Below are positions 49,611 through 58,993 of a DNA stretch of 64,000 nt, in pieces (positions within the stretch are counted from its first letter, which is position 1; each line of letters begins with the position of its first letter). Position numbers and translations under genes: made by a program. The stretch comes from an uncultured Gemmatimonadales bacterium (GTDB taxonomy: Bacteria; Gemmatimonadota; Gemmatimonadetes; Longimicrobiales; Longimicrobiaceae): contig OY970303.1 of NCBI GenBank assembly GCA_963716255.1, positions 4,864,001 to 4,928,000 of the forward strand, written 5' to 3'. Under the pieces are notes generated by a model that was given only the letters and a program-made list of their open reading frames with translations, had not been told where the DNA came from and searched no databases.

Positions 49611-52070
49611 TCACTCGCGCACGCGCAGCCAGTCCCGCGGAAGCTCCGGCGCGAAGCGCTCCACCACCTGCTCCACCCCCGCGGGCCCGGAGAGCAGGCG
49701 GGCGAGCGCCGCGAGCGAGCGCAGGTGCTCGTCCGGCCGGCCGGCGGGGCTCACCAGCAGGAAGACGAGGCGGGCCGGCACGGAGCCGCGCGGGAGAGCC
49801 ACGCCCGCGCGGCACACCCCCAGGAGGAGCACCGGCCGGTCCAGCCCCTCGCGCCGCACGTGCGGGAGCGCCACCCCTGGGCACACCTCCGAGGAGAAGC
49901 GCTCCTCGTTCCGCAGCACCGCCCGCACGATCTCCCGCCGCTCCGCCGCCCCGAACACCCCCTCCGTCAGCCGCTCCACCGCGGCACCCAGCTCCGTCTC
50001 CTCCAGCACGACCACACGCTCCGGCGCCACCCCGGGCGCCAGCTCCACGGGGCCGCCGGCCGAGGGCTCCGGGTCCGCGGCGTAGGCGACCACCAGGTTC
50101 CCCGGGAGCGTGTCGGCGAGGTGCTGGGGAAGCCGCTCCGCTGCCGGCGACCACACCGCCGTGCCGCGGCGCGCGGCCAGGAGCACCACCAGGTCGTCCC
50201 TCGACAGCGGCGCCAGCAGCGCGTCCAGCCCGTCCCAGCCGCCCGCGGCCTCCGTGGTGGCGGGCACCTGCGGGCGGGCTTCCGCGTGCAGTTGGCGGAG
50301 CCGCTCCCCGTCCCCGTCCACCGGGACGAGCAGCACGGGCGCGCCCAGACCGGAGGCGAGCGTGTTGACGGTGCCGAGCGCCTGCATGAAGGTGGGGTGG
50401 CGGTCCAGCCCGGGGGGGACCACCGCCACCACGCGCCGGGTGGTCCGGGGCGCCTGCGTGAGCCGGGCCACCAGCAGGGTGGCGCGCGTGCTCGCCGTGA
50501 GCTGGTCCAGCACGCTGCCGAAGACGGCCCGCGTGCCGCTGCGCCGCCCGTCCCAGCCGATCACCACGATGCTGGTGCGCGACTCGGCGACCCCGCGCGC
50601 GATCCCCGCGGCGATGCTGGTGTCCACCCGCGTCATGGGGACCACCTGCACGCCGGCGCCCGCCGCGTGCAGCACGGCGTGGCCCAGCACCGCCTCCGCC
50701 TCGGCGACCTCCGCCTCGCTCGCCGCTCCCTCCCCGGGGGCCACCATCAGCACCCGCAGCGGCTCCTCGTCGTGGTGCCCGCGCACCACCAGCGCCAGGT
50801 CCAGCAGCGCGTCCGCCGTGGCCGGGTTGGCGAGCGGGACCAGCACGCGCCGGGGCGCATGCCCCGGGTCGTAGGGCCGGTCCGCCTCCCGCAGCGCCAC
50901 GCGGCGCCCGTACCGCTGCACCGCCCACGGCCCCACGATGCAGGTGGCGAGGATCATCACCACCACCCCGTTCACCTCGGCCTGGTCCAGCAGCCCCGCG
51001 TCGAAGCCCACCAGCACGATCGCCAGCGTCCCCGCCGCGTGCGGCACCGACAGCCCGAACACGACCCACCCCTCGTCCGGCGTGTAGCCGAACAGCTTCT
51101 CCGCGGCCTTGGCCGCCAGCCACTTCGCCAGGATCACCAGCAGCGCCGCGGCCCCGGCAACCGCCCAGGCCAGGGCGCTGTCCAGCGCCCGCACGTCCAC
51201 CACCATCCCCACGGACAGCAGGAAGAAGGGGATGAACACCGCGTTGCCCACGAAGCGGGTGCGGTTCATCAGCGCGCTCTGCTCCGGGATCAGGCGGTTG
51301 AGCGCGAGCCCGGTGAGCAGGGCGCCGATCAGCGGCTCCACCCGCCCGAAGTGGGCCAGGTACGCCACCGAGAAGAGCGCCGTCATCACGAAGACGAACT
51401 CCGTCTCCCCCTCGCTGGCGTTGCGGAAGAACCAGCGTCCCAGGCGCGGGAGCACCAGCAGGACCGCGGCCCCGTAGACCGCGAACGGCACGCCGATCCC
51501 CACCCAGAACACCCAGTCCATGCTGCGGCCGCGGGCCTCGACCACGACCGCGAGGAGCAGCAGGGCGAGGATCTCGACCAGGATCGTTCCACCCAGCGTG
51601 GTCGTGACGGCGGGGTTGCGCACGATGCCTAGGCGGGCCGCGATGGGGTAGGCCAGGAGGGTGTGGGACGCGAACGCGGACGCCACCAGCAGGGCGGAGG
51701 AAGTCCCGTAGCCGAGCGCGAGCGCGGCGCCCGCGCCCACCGCGCCCGGGACCACCGAGGAGACCAGGCCGAAGACGATGCTGCGGCGGCGGTAGCGCGC
51801 GAAGTCGTTCAGGTCCAGCTCCAGCCCCACCATCAGCATCAGGTAGAGGAGCCCGACGGTGCCCAGGAGCACGATGGTGCGGTCGCGCTCCAGCACGCCG
51901 AAGCCGTGCGGGCCCAGCGCAGCGCCGGCGACGATCAGGCCGATGATCCCGGGGAGGTTGAGGCGCTCGAAGAGGAGCGGCGCCAGCAGGAAGGTCGCCA
52001 TCGCGACCGCGACGATGAGGACGGGGTCGGTGAGCGGGAGCGACGGGAGGACGAGAGCCGGTAGAGTCAT
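49611..52070 (-). CDS. Cation:proton antiporter (CPA2) fused to USP-like and PTS EIIA-like domains
   Basis: N-terminal multi-TM antiporter (GLELD, FIPFF); RVLVPLANP USP-like domain; C-terminal GVALPH EIIA-type motif. Confidence 0.88.
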   Translation of the reverse strand: MTLPALVLPSLPLTDPVLIVAVAMATFLLAPLLFERLNLPGIIGLIVAGAALGPHGFGVLERDRTIVLLGTVGLLYLMLMVGLELDLNDFARYRRRSIVFGLVSSVVPGAVGAGAALALGYGTSSALLVASAFASHTLLAYPIAARLGIVRNPAVTTTLGGTILVEILALLLLAVVVEARGRSMDWVFWVGIGVPFAVYGAAVLLVLPRLGRWFFRNASEGETEFVFVMTALFSVAYLAHFGRVEPLIGALLTGLALNRLIPEQSALMNRTRFVGNAVFIPFFLLSVGMVVDVRALDSALAWAVAGAAALLVILAKWLAAKAAEKLFGYTPDEGWVVFGLSVPHAAGTLAIVLVGFDAGLLDQAEVNGVVVMILATCIVGPWAVQRYGRRVALREADRPYDPGHAPRRVLVPLANPATADALLDLALVVRGHHDEEPLRVLMVAPGEGAASEAEVAEAEAVLGHAVLHAAGAGVQVVPMTRVDTSIAAGIARGVAESRTSIVVIGWDGRRSGTRAVFGSVLDQLTASTRATLLVARLTQAPRTTRRVVAVVPPGLDRHPTFMQALGTVNTLASGLGAPVLLVPVDGDGERLRQLHAEARPQVPATTEAAGGWDGLDALLAPLSRDDLVVLLAARRGTAVWSPAAERLPQHLADTLPGNLVVAYAADPEPSAGGPVELAPGVAPERVVVLEETELGAAVERLTEGVFGAAERREIVRAVLRNEERFSSEVCPGVALPHVRREGLDRPVLLLGVCRAGVALPRGSVPARLVFLLVSPAGRPDEHLRSLAALARLLSGPAGVEQVVERFAPELPRDWLRVRE

Positions 52071-52182
52071 CCGCGGAGGTCGCTGGTGCGCCGGGCACGG
52101 GGCCACGCACGCCCGGAGAGAGAAGCCGGCGGGCGCGTGGCGGGGCAGGTGTGCGGCGGATGCAGGATCGGAGCCCCCTCCG

Positions 52183-53967
52183 TCAGACGGTGTGGGCGAG
52201 CTCGTGCTCATACGCCAGCAGCACGTCGGCGCGGCTCAGCAGACCTACGAACACGGGTCCCCCGGGACGCGGCTCCACGACGGGCAGCGCGTCGACGGAC
52301 CGGGCGTTCATGGCCGTGAGCGCGGTGCGGAGCGACTGCGCAGGGTTGAGCGGGTCGCTGGGGTCGGCCAGGTCCGCCGCGAGCAGGAGGCCCGCCGCGC
52401 TGCCGCCCGCGAGGATCGCCTCGCGGAGGGCGTGGTGCGTGATCACGCCTGCCAGCGCGCCGTCCGCGTCGACCACGGGGATCACCCCGGGCCCCGAGCG
52501 CCCCGCGAGGTCGATCAGCTCCGGCAGCGTCGCCCCGGGAAGGACCCGCACCCCGTCCTGCGCCAGCGCGTCGCTCACCCGGATGCGCTCCATGAGCGCG
52601 CGGTCGGCGCCGTGCAGGAGGGGCTCACCCCGCGCCTCCAGCCAGCCGTCGTATAGGCCGTGCGGCGCGTAGCGCCGGGCGGTCGCGTACGCGATCACCG
52701 CCACCGCCATCAGGGGGACGACGTAGCTGGGGTCGTCCGTCATCTCGAAGACCATGAAGATGGCGGTGAGCGGGGCCCGGGTCGCGCCCGCCACCATCCC
52801 CGCCATCCCCACCAGCGCCCAGGCGTGCGGGTGGACCATGTGCCCGGGGACCAGCGTGTCCGCCAGCCGGCCCAGCCCGCCGCCGAGCGCCGCCCCGATG
52901 AAGAGCGTGGGGGTGAAGACGCCGCCGGAGCCGCCCGACCCGAGCGTGAGCACGGTCGCCAGGATCTTGGCGAAGGCGAGCGCCAGTAGCAGGTGCCACG
53001 CGAGCCCGCCGAACACCTCGCGCGGAATGGCGAGGTGCCCGTTTCCGCTCAGCAGCCCCCCGGAGTACGCCACGATCACGCCCGTCAGGCCTCCTCCCAC
53101 GATGGGCCGAAGCCATGGCGGGCCGGGGAGCCGGCCGAACGCCGCGGGCGCGGACAGGTACACGCGCGTGTAGAGCGCCGAGACCAGCCCGCAGGCGACG
53201 CCGAGGACGGGGTAGAGCAGCGCGCTCGAGAGCACGTTGGCGTCCCCCGCGCCCGGGACGTGGAAGGCGGGGTGCGACCCCAGGAAGGGGCGGACGGTGA
53301 GCGCGCCGACCACGCTGGCGATGACCACGGGGCTGAACGCGCCCGCGGAAAAGGAGCCCAGAACCTCCTCCAGGGCGAAGAAGGCACCCGCGAACGGCGC
53401 GTTGAATGCCGCGGAGATCCCCGCCGCTGCCCCGCAGCCGAGCAGGATCTTCACCTGCCTGGGCTGGCAGTGGAGCAGCCGGCCCGCCTTGGACCCCAGC
53501 GCGGCACCCAGCACGGCGACGGGACCCTCGCTCCCCGCCGAACCGCCGGATCCCAGCGTCATGGCGGCGGCCACGGTCCGGATCGCGATCGCCCGGCCGT
53601 CGAGGACGCCGCCGCGCTTGGCCACCGCGAGCTGGAGGTCGGGGACGTTCTGCCCCTCGGAGGTGCCGGTCCGCCGCACCAGGTACCAGGCCGCCCACAC
53701 CCCCGCCGCCGTGAGCACCGGGAAGTACACGGGGCTCCTCAGCGCGGGAAAGCGGGCCTCGGGCCAGGTGACGAACACCATGAAGCTCAGGTCGATCAGC
53801 CGGTAGAAGACGACGACACCCAGGCCGCTGGCGACCCCGATGAGGGCGCCGAACAGCATGAGCACGGCGCCCTCGTCCCAGTCCAGCCATTCCAGCGCGG
53901 CCCGCAGCGCGCGCCAGGCCCGGCGGGCCAGGAACGCCGGCCGGAAGCGCCGGGCGGACGCCCTCAC
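52183..53967 (-). CDS. ClC-family chloride channel/antiporter with CBS pair
   Basis: GGSAGSEGP, AAFNAPFAG, GGSGGVFTP, C-terminal CBS domains. Confidence 0.93.
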   Translation of the reverse strand: MRASARRFRPAFLARRAWRALRAALEWLDWDEGAVLMLFGALIGVASGLGVVVFYRLIDLSFMVFVTWPEARFPALRSPVYFPVLTAAGVWAAWYLVRRTGTSEGQNVPDLQLAVAKRGGVLDGRAIAIRTVAAAMTLGSGGSAGSEGPVAVLGAALGSKAGRLLHCQPRQVKILLGCGAAAGISAAFNAPFAGAFFALEEVLGSFSAGAFSPVVIASVVGALTVRPFLGSHPAFHVPGAGDANVLSSALLYPVLGVACGLVSALYTRVYLSAPAAFGRLPGPPWLRPIVGGGLTGVIVAYSGGLLSGNGHLAIPREVFGGLAWHLLLALAFAKILATVLTLGSGGSGGVFTPTLFIGAALGGGLGRLADTLVPGHMVHPHAWALVGMAGMVAGATRAPLTAIFMVFEMTDDPSYVVPLMAVAVIAYATARRYAPHGLYDGWLEARGEPLLHGADRALMERIRVSDALAQDGVRVLPGATLPELIDLAGRSGPGVIPVVDADGALAGVITHHALREAILAGGSAAGLLLAADLADPSDPLNPAQSLRTALTAMNARSVDALPVVEPRPGGPVFVGLLSRADVLLAYEHELAHTV

Positions 53968-54317
53968 CGGAGCTCCTCCGGCTGCTCGTAGACTGCCCGT
54001 ACCACCTGGACCGGGAACCGTGCGTAGCACCCGGCGACCCTTTCGGCGGCGTGCCGCAGCGCGGGCGTCGACGGGGCGAAGCGGAACGTACCGTCGCCGT
54101 CGCGGCGTGTCCCCGCCACCAGCCCCGCGGCGGCGAGGTCGCGCAGCACCCCGGCCGCGGTCGCCGGGTCGACCGGGGTCTCCGCGGCGACGTCCGCCGG
54201 GGAGTACGCCCGCGCCGGTGCGCCGGCGAGCAGGATCAGGGCTTCCAGGTGCGCGACGGACGCGACGTGGTCCCGGAGCAGGCCGTGTACGTCGTCAGGA
54301 AACCGGTCGTCAGCCAT
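53964..54317 (-). CDS. Uncharacterised winged-helix-like protein (paralogue B)
   Basis: SVAHLEALILL...FRFAP...; stop overlaps the ClC start. Confidence 0.7.
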   Translation of the reverse strand: MADDRFPDDVHGLLRDHVASVAHLEALILLAGAPARAYSPADVAAETPVDPATAAGVLRDLAAAGLVAGTRRDGDGTFRFAPSTPALRHAAERVAGCYARFPVQVVRAVYEQPEELR

Positions 54318-54448
54318 GGGACTCACGGATCTGCTGGCCGATCACGTCCACTACCCGGTCCCGGAGGTATGCATCGTTCATCCTTCTCATTCCTGAAGCA
54401 TCACCGCACTCTACCGGCGACGTGGACCCGCCCCGCACTGACCCGGTG

Positions 54449-54682
54449 CGGCGCACGTACGGCATTTGCAGAATGCAGAATATGGGGGATGCCCCATATT
54501 GGTTCAACCCACGGCGCGAAGGCCACCGGAACGAACGGGGACGGCCGGCGGGGGCCTGCCTCACCACCCCACGGGAAGCAGGGCCGCGTGCGTAGTTTCA
54601 CGACAAGATCCAGATCGGGCCTGGGCGCTGGCGAGGTCCCCGGCAACCCCGTAGGAGCCGCGCGTGGCAACCTGCTCCCGCG
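54449..54682 (+). pseudogene. Decayed duplicate of the promoter and 5' end of the DAACS symporter gene (internal deletion)
   Basis: Matches about 55568-55735 and then jumps to about 56135-56183 (GGTCCCCxGCAACCCCGTxGG...GGCAACCTGCTCCCGC). Confidence 0.75.
54479..54500. promoter_or_regulatory. Palindromic operator copy 1
   Basis: AATATGGGGGATGCCCCATATT. Confidence 0.65.
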
Positions 54683-54927
54683 CGAACCTTGTCTCCCGCC
54701 ATGGCTCCGCCTATGCTGTCCCGTGGGAGCGCCTGTAGCCGGAACTGGCGCGTGCGTTCGTGGCTGGACTGCTGGGCGGGATTCCGGAGAAGAGGCGAGC
54801 GGAAGCGGAACGGCGACTGCTGGAAATCGTCGCGGAGTCGTACCGGCAAGCGGACGCCCACCCTCCGAGTGTAACAGCCCTCCTGAACTCTTGCCCCTCG
54901 AATCTCAATAATCACGGAGTCTCTTCC

Positions 54928-55377
54928 ATGGATTACATCAACTACGCAGGAGTGGTAACGCACGTCGCCCACGAATCGAGCGTTTCCACTTCACATAAAA
55001 CGATGTTTCGAGTTGCCGGACGCCCGGTGAAATGGGGAAAGGCTCTGAACATGGGAAATGGCGATCATGTGTCGGTGGTGGGAATCGACAAAGGAGGAAC
55101 CCTGCACGCCATCGCGATGAAGAACGATTCGACGGGAGAGCGGAACGTGAAGCGGGTTCCTGCGTGGATGCAGGTGGTCAGCATTCTTCTCCGGGTGATC
55201 GGTGTCGCCTGTATCGGGGCCGCGATCATCGGGGAGATGCCCGACGCGCTCGGTTACGGCATCGTATGCGGCTTGGCCGGGATCTTTCTTCGCTTTTTAC
55301 ATCGGGAGAAGCGCGACGAAGTCACGGCAGCCGAGCAGATGCTGAATCGAATGGCTGCCGCGGCTCCTGCTCCGTAA
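54928..55377 (+). CDS. Lower-GC hypothetical membrane protein (beta-rich N-terminus + 2 TM helices)
   Basis: GGAG RBS, atypical codon usage, two C-terminal hydrophobic helices. Confidence 0.65.
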   Translation: MDYINYAGVVTHVAHESSVSTSHKTMFRVAGRPVKWGKALNMGNGDHVSVVGIDKGGTLHAIAMKNDSTGERNVKRVPAWMQVVSILLRVIGVACIGAAIIGEMPDALGYGIVCGLAGIFLRFLHREKRDEVTAAEQMLNRMAAAAPAP

Positions 55378-55457
55378 GCTCGACCTCGGTAGACCTGAGC
55401 ATCCACGAACAAAAAGCTCCCCTCATCGCGCGGCCTCGCATGTCGTTCTGGGAACGA

Positions 55458-55490
55458 GAGCCCCGGCCAGGATCAACCCGGCCGGGGCTC
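55458..55490. terminator. Hairpin, probable terminator
   Basis: GAGCCCCGGCC...GGCCGGGGCTC inverted repeat. Confidence 0.45.
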
Positions 55491-55588
55491 AGTCTGTCGG
55501 CACGTAGCAGGGATGACTGTCACCGGGACTGACTTCGACGACAAACGCCACAGAGCACGAGTACGAGGCGCACGCATGGCATTTGCAG

Positions 55589-55610
55589 GATATGGGGGAC
55601 ACCCCATATT
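55589..55610. promoter_or_regulatory. Palindromic operator copy 2, in the symporter promoter region
   Basis: GATATGGGGGACACCCCATATT directly after TTGCAG. Confidence 0.7.
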
Positions 55611-55694
55611 GGTTCGACCCGGGGCGCGAACGGCCGCGGGAACAGCCGGGGCGGCCTGCGGCCTCCTGCACCACCCGACGGGGAGCACCCACGC

Positions 55695-57026
55695 GTGCAG
55701 CTCCACAACAAGATCCTGATCGGCCTGGGCGCCGGCGTGCTGGCCGGCGCGGCGGCGAACGCAGCGGGCGTGTCCGACGCCGCGTGGTGGGGAGAGCGCG
55801 TGCTCCCGCTCCTGGAGTTCATGGGCGCCGTGTTCGTCCGCCTCATCACCATGATCGTGGTCCCGCTGGTGGTCGCGTCCCTCCTCACCGGGGTGGCGTC
55901 GCTGGGGGACATCCGCAAGCTGGGCCGGATCGGAGGCAAGACGCTGGCCTACTACCTGTTCACCACCGCGGTGGCGGTCTGCATCGGGCTCACCCTGGCC
56001 CTGGCGGTGCGGCCGGGCAGCCGGATCAGCGCCGCCTCGCGCGACGCGCTGGCGGCGGAGTTCGGCGCGGACGCGGCCGGCAAGGTGGCGCTGGCGGCGG
56101 AGAAGCCCGGCACGCTGGACCTGCTGCTGGAGATGGTCCCCAGCAACCCCGTGGGCGCCGCGGCGGAGGGCAACCTGCTCCCGCTCATCGTCTTCGTGCT
56201 GGTCTTCGGCGCGGCGGTGTCGCTGCTGCGGCCGGAGCGCCGCGACGCGATCCTGACGTTCTTCGCCGGCGTCAACGACGCCGCCCTGATCATCGTCGAC
56301 TGGATCATGAAGCTGGCGCCGCTGGCCGTCTTCGCCCTGATCACCGGGGTGGTCAGCCGGTTCGGCATGGACGTGCTGGGCTCCCTGGCCGTGTATGCCG
56401 GGGTGGTGGTGGCGGGGCTCGCCCTGCACGCGTTCGGCACCTACGGGGTGCTGGTGGCGCTCCTGGCGAGGCTGAATCCCCTGGACTTCTTCCGGCGGAT
56501 CCGGGAGGTGCCGCTGATCGCGTTCTCCACCTCGTCGTCCAGCGCGACGCTCCCCGTGACCATGGAGACCGCGGAGGAGAAGCTGGGCGTCTCCCGGCCG
56601 GTCGCGTCGTTCGTCCTCCCGCTGGGAGCCACCGTCAACATGGACGGGACGGCGCTCTACCAGGGCGTGGCGACGGTGTTCATCGCGCAGGTGTACGGGA
56701 TCGAGCTGGGGGTGGGTGAAATCCTCACCGTGGTGCTCACCGCGACGCTGGCCTCCATCGGGGCCGCGGGCGTGCCGAGCGCCGGGATCGTCACGCTGAT
56801 CCTGGTCCTCCAGTCGGTGGGGCTCGCGGGTCAGGCGGCGGCGGGAATCGCGCTGATCCTGGGGGTGGACCGGCTCCTGGACATGCTCCGGACGGCGGTG
56901 AACGTGACGGGCGACCTGTCCTGCGCGGCGTTCGTCGCGCGCACCGAGGGCGAACTCCTGGTCCCGCGCCCGGTGGACCACGCGATCGAGCTGGGCTCAT
57001 CGGCACCGCCGGTAGGAGCGGCGTAG
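55695..57026 (+). CDS. Dicarboxylate/amino acid:cation symporter (DAACS; GltP/DctA family)
   Basis: AFSTSSSSATLP, LPLGATVNMDGTALYQ, SIGAAGVP, GVDRLLDMLRTAVNVTGD. Confidence 0.96.
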   Translation: MQLHNKILIGLGAGVLAGAAANAAGVSDAAWWGERVLPLLEFMGAVFVRLITMIVVPLVVASLLTGVASLGDIRKLGRIGGKTLAYYLFTTAVAVCIGLTLALAVRPGSRISAASRDALAAEFGADAAGKVALAAEKPGTLDLLLEMVPSNPVGAAAEGNLLPLIVFVLVFGAAVSLLRPERRDAILTFFAGVNDAALIIVDWIMKLAPLAVFALITGVVSRFGMDVLGSLAVYAGVVVAGLALHAFGTYGVLVALLARLNPLDFFRRIREVPLIAFSTSSSSATLPVTMETAEEKLGVSRPVASFVLPLGATVNMDGTALYQGVATVFIAQVYGIELGVGEILTVVLTATLASIGAAGVPSAGIVTLILVLQSVGLAGQAAAGIALILGVDRLLDMLRTAVNVTGDLSCAAFVARTEGELLVPRPVDHAIELGSSAPPVGAA

Positions 57027-57071
57027 GGCTCCTGCCGGACGAACGGCGCGCCGACGGAGTTGTCGGCTGCC

Positions 57072-57446
57072 TCAGCGAATGCGGAAGGCGTCGCTGAAGC
57101 TGCGAACTGGGTCGGGCGGCCGGCGGAAGACGAGGTTCAGCACCCCGACGCGGTCCGCCCGGTACGCGTCCGCCAGCGCCTGCACCTCCGCGTCCAGCTC
57201 CGGCGAGCGGGGTTGGTACCGGTACTCCGGGTCGGCGGCTCCGTCCGAGCGCAGGAATCCCAGCTCCACCAGGCTCTCCAGCCGCAGGGTGGCCGCCGCG
57301 GGAACCGTGAAGATCTCGCGGCTCACATCGTGGGCGCGCCACCCCCGGTCGGGGTGCCGATGCAGCAGCAGGAGCACTTCGAGTTGCTCCGCCGATTCGA
57401 TGTTCGCCGCGATGAAGCGCTGAACGGGCTCGGGCACCCCGCTCAT
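57072..57446 (-). CDS. Uncharacterised winged-helix-like protein (paralogue C)
   Basis: SAEQLEVLLLL...YRYQP...DPVRSFSDAFR; close to paralogue A. Confidence 0.75.
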   Translation of the reverse strand: MSGVPEPVQRFIAANIESAEQLEVLLLLHRHPDRGWRAHDVSREIFTVPAAATLRLESLVELGFLRSDGAADPEYRYQPRSPELDAEVQALADAYRADRVGVLNLVFRRPPDPVRSFSDAFRIR

Positions 57447-57551
57447 GGCCGGCTCGCCGGGATCTCTGCTGAAGGCGCCATCATTGCATGCGGCATCGTG
57501 AGTAGCTGCTCCTTCCGGGCCGCCCGCTCCGGGCGCCGGCGTCGCCTCCGT

Positions 57552-57731
57552 TCACCGGTGCGGCGGCCGCTGCTCTTCCGCGGCCATGCCCGGTACCGGA
57601 GGCGCGGCGGGGTCGATCCCGTCCGGATCGAAGTGGCGGCGGCCCCGGAGGATCTTTGCATACGGCCAGGTGATGAGGCTCAACAGGGCTGTCCAGATCA
57701 CCGCCATGAAGATGATCGGAGTGGTCGTCAT
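57552..57731 (-). CDS. Small single-pass membrane protein (59 aa)
   Basis: AAGGAAG RBS; MTTTPIIFMAVIWTALLSLITW TM helix; divergent from marR across the operator. Confidence 0.5.
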   Translation of the reverse strand: MTTTPIIFMAVIWTALLSLITWPYAKILRGRRHFDPDGIDPAAPPVPGMAAEEQRPPHR

Positions 57732-57791
57732 ATCTTCCTTCCCGAGGTTCTGGATCCCACACAGCGACGGCCGGCTCCGCCCTGTACCATC

Positions 57792-57817
57792 CGAATATGG
57801 GGGATCCCCCATATTCG
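57792..57817. promoter_or_regulatory. Perfect 26-bp palindromic operator (copy 3), probable MarR autoregulatory site
   Basis: CGAATATGGGGGATCCCCCATATTCG, 24 bp upstream of the marR ATG. Confidence 0.75.
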
Positions 57818-57841
57818 AACAACCCACCAGCTGGGGGCGAG

Positions 57842-58375
57842 ATGAAGGGTGAGTTGAAGGACGCGGGAACGGGTGCCGCGGAGGCCGGAGGAGGCGGGGG
57901 GAGGGATGCGCACACCGCGGCCGCCGTCGACGCGCTGCGCCGCATCCTGCGCGTGATGCGCACCGCGGCGACGGAAACACAGGCCACGCTCGGGATCAGC
58001 GCGGCGCAGCTGTTCGTCCTTTCCCAGCTGACGCACGCGGACGGGCTCTCCATCAACGAGCTGGCCGAGCGGACGCTGACGGACCGCAGCTCGGTGGCTG
58101 CGGTGGTGGACCGGCTGGTGGGGCGGGGGCTCGCGGAGCGGTCGCCATCGCCGCGCGACCGGCGCCGGGCGGAGGTGCGGATCACCGAGGCCGGCAGGAG
58201 CCTGCTGGTGCAGGCGCCGACCGCGCCCACGGCGCTGCTGGTGGCCGGCCTGGCGCGGCTGTCGGACCCGGAGGTCCACACCCTCGCGACCGCGCTGGAC
58301 CGGCTGGTGGGTGCCATGCAGCTGCAAGCGACGCCCGCGGCGATGTTCTTCGAAGAGGAGGATCGGCCACGGTGA
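57842..58375 (+). CDS. MarR-family transcriptional regulator
   Basis: ISAAQLFVL, SINELAE, VDRLVGRGLAER...DRRRAEVRITEAG. Confidence 0.92.
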   Translation: MKGELKDAGTGAAEAGGGGGRDAHTAAAVDALRRILRVMRTAATETQATLGISAAQLFVLSQLTHADGLSINELAERTLTDRSSVAAVVDRLVGRGLAERSPSPRDRRRAEVRITEAGRSLLVQAPTAPTALLVAGLARLSDPEVHTLATALDRLVGAMQLQATPAAMFFEEEDRPR

Positions 58376-58432
58376 GCCGCCCGTCCGCACCGAGAACTCG
58401 GCCGCGTGGGGACGGCCCCATACGCTCACCAT

Positions 58433-58577
58433 CGCGGAAGTCGAGCGCAACCTACCGGTGCCGGGCCGAGCGTGCTCCTTTGGCGTAGCGCTCCATGAAG
58501 CGGCGCTCGCTCGCCGTGGTCCCGATCAGGATCAACTCGGCACCGAGGCCGCCCAGCATCGGCATGTCCGCGGGGGG
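58433..58577 (-). pseudogene. Duplicate of the 3' end and downstream flank of the TrkA-domain channel gene (61606-61750)
   Basis: Near-identical TTGGCGTAGCGCTCCATGAAGCGGCGCTCGCTCGCCGT...GGCATGTCCGCGGGGGG blocks in direct orientation. Confidence 0.8.
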
Positions 58578-58579
58578 TG

Positions 58580-58785
58580 TTGCCCGACCTGCGGGCAATC
58601 CGCGCCCCCATCGAGTTGCCTCGGGACAACGGACCCACCGAGGGGCACATCAATCGGCTGAAGACCCTGAAGCGGCAGATGTACGGCCGCGCCGGCTTCG
58701 GGCTGCTACGCGCTCGCTCCTTGACGCCACCCAGATGGTGGCTAGAAACGGAGGACCGGTTCTTCACCAGAAGTGCGGCAGAACC
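58580..58785 (+). mobile_element. ISL3-family transposase C-terminal remnant with right end
   Basis: NGPTEGHINRLKTLKRQMYGRAGFGLLRAR is a typical ISL3 C-terminus, followed by CTTCACCAGAAGTGCGGCAGAACC (reverse complement begins GGTTCT). Confidence 0.8.
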
Positions 58786-58993
58786 GATTTACATCCGCCG
58801 CTACCAGTGGCAGCAGACCGACGTTGTACGCTTTCAGGTTGTACCTAGGCACGGCGGCTTCGATCAACGCAACGAGCCCACGAACAAGTACACTCGGGAC
58901 CAACCCCTCTAGTACAGAATCGCTGAAGTCCTTAGCCGGCGAATACCAAGTTTAGCCGCGTGGGGCTGCACAGGAAACTTCAGTCTGCACCAT

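Noticed and set aside
54310..54381. 23-aa ORF (MNDAYLRDRVVDVIGQQIRESHG) overlapping the start of wHTH paralogue B
   Set aside because: Has a plausible RBS but is too short to support without conservation data.
54479..57817. Repeated palindromes as a possible CRISPR array
   Set aside because: Only three copies, 1-2 kb apart, located in promoter regions, with no spacers or cas genes.
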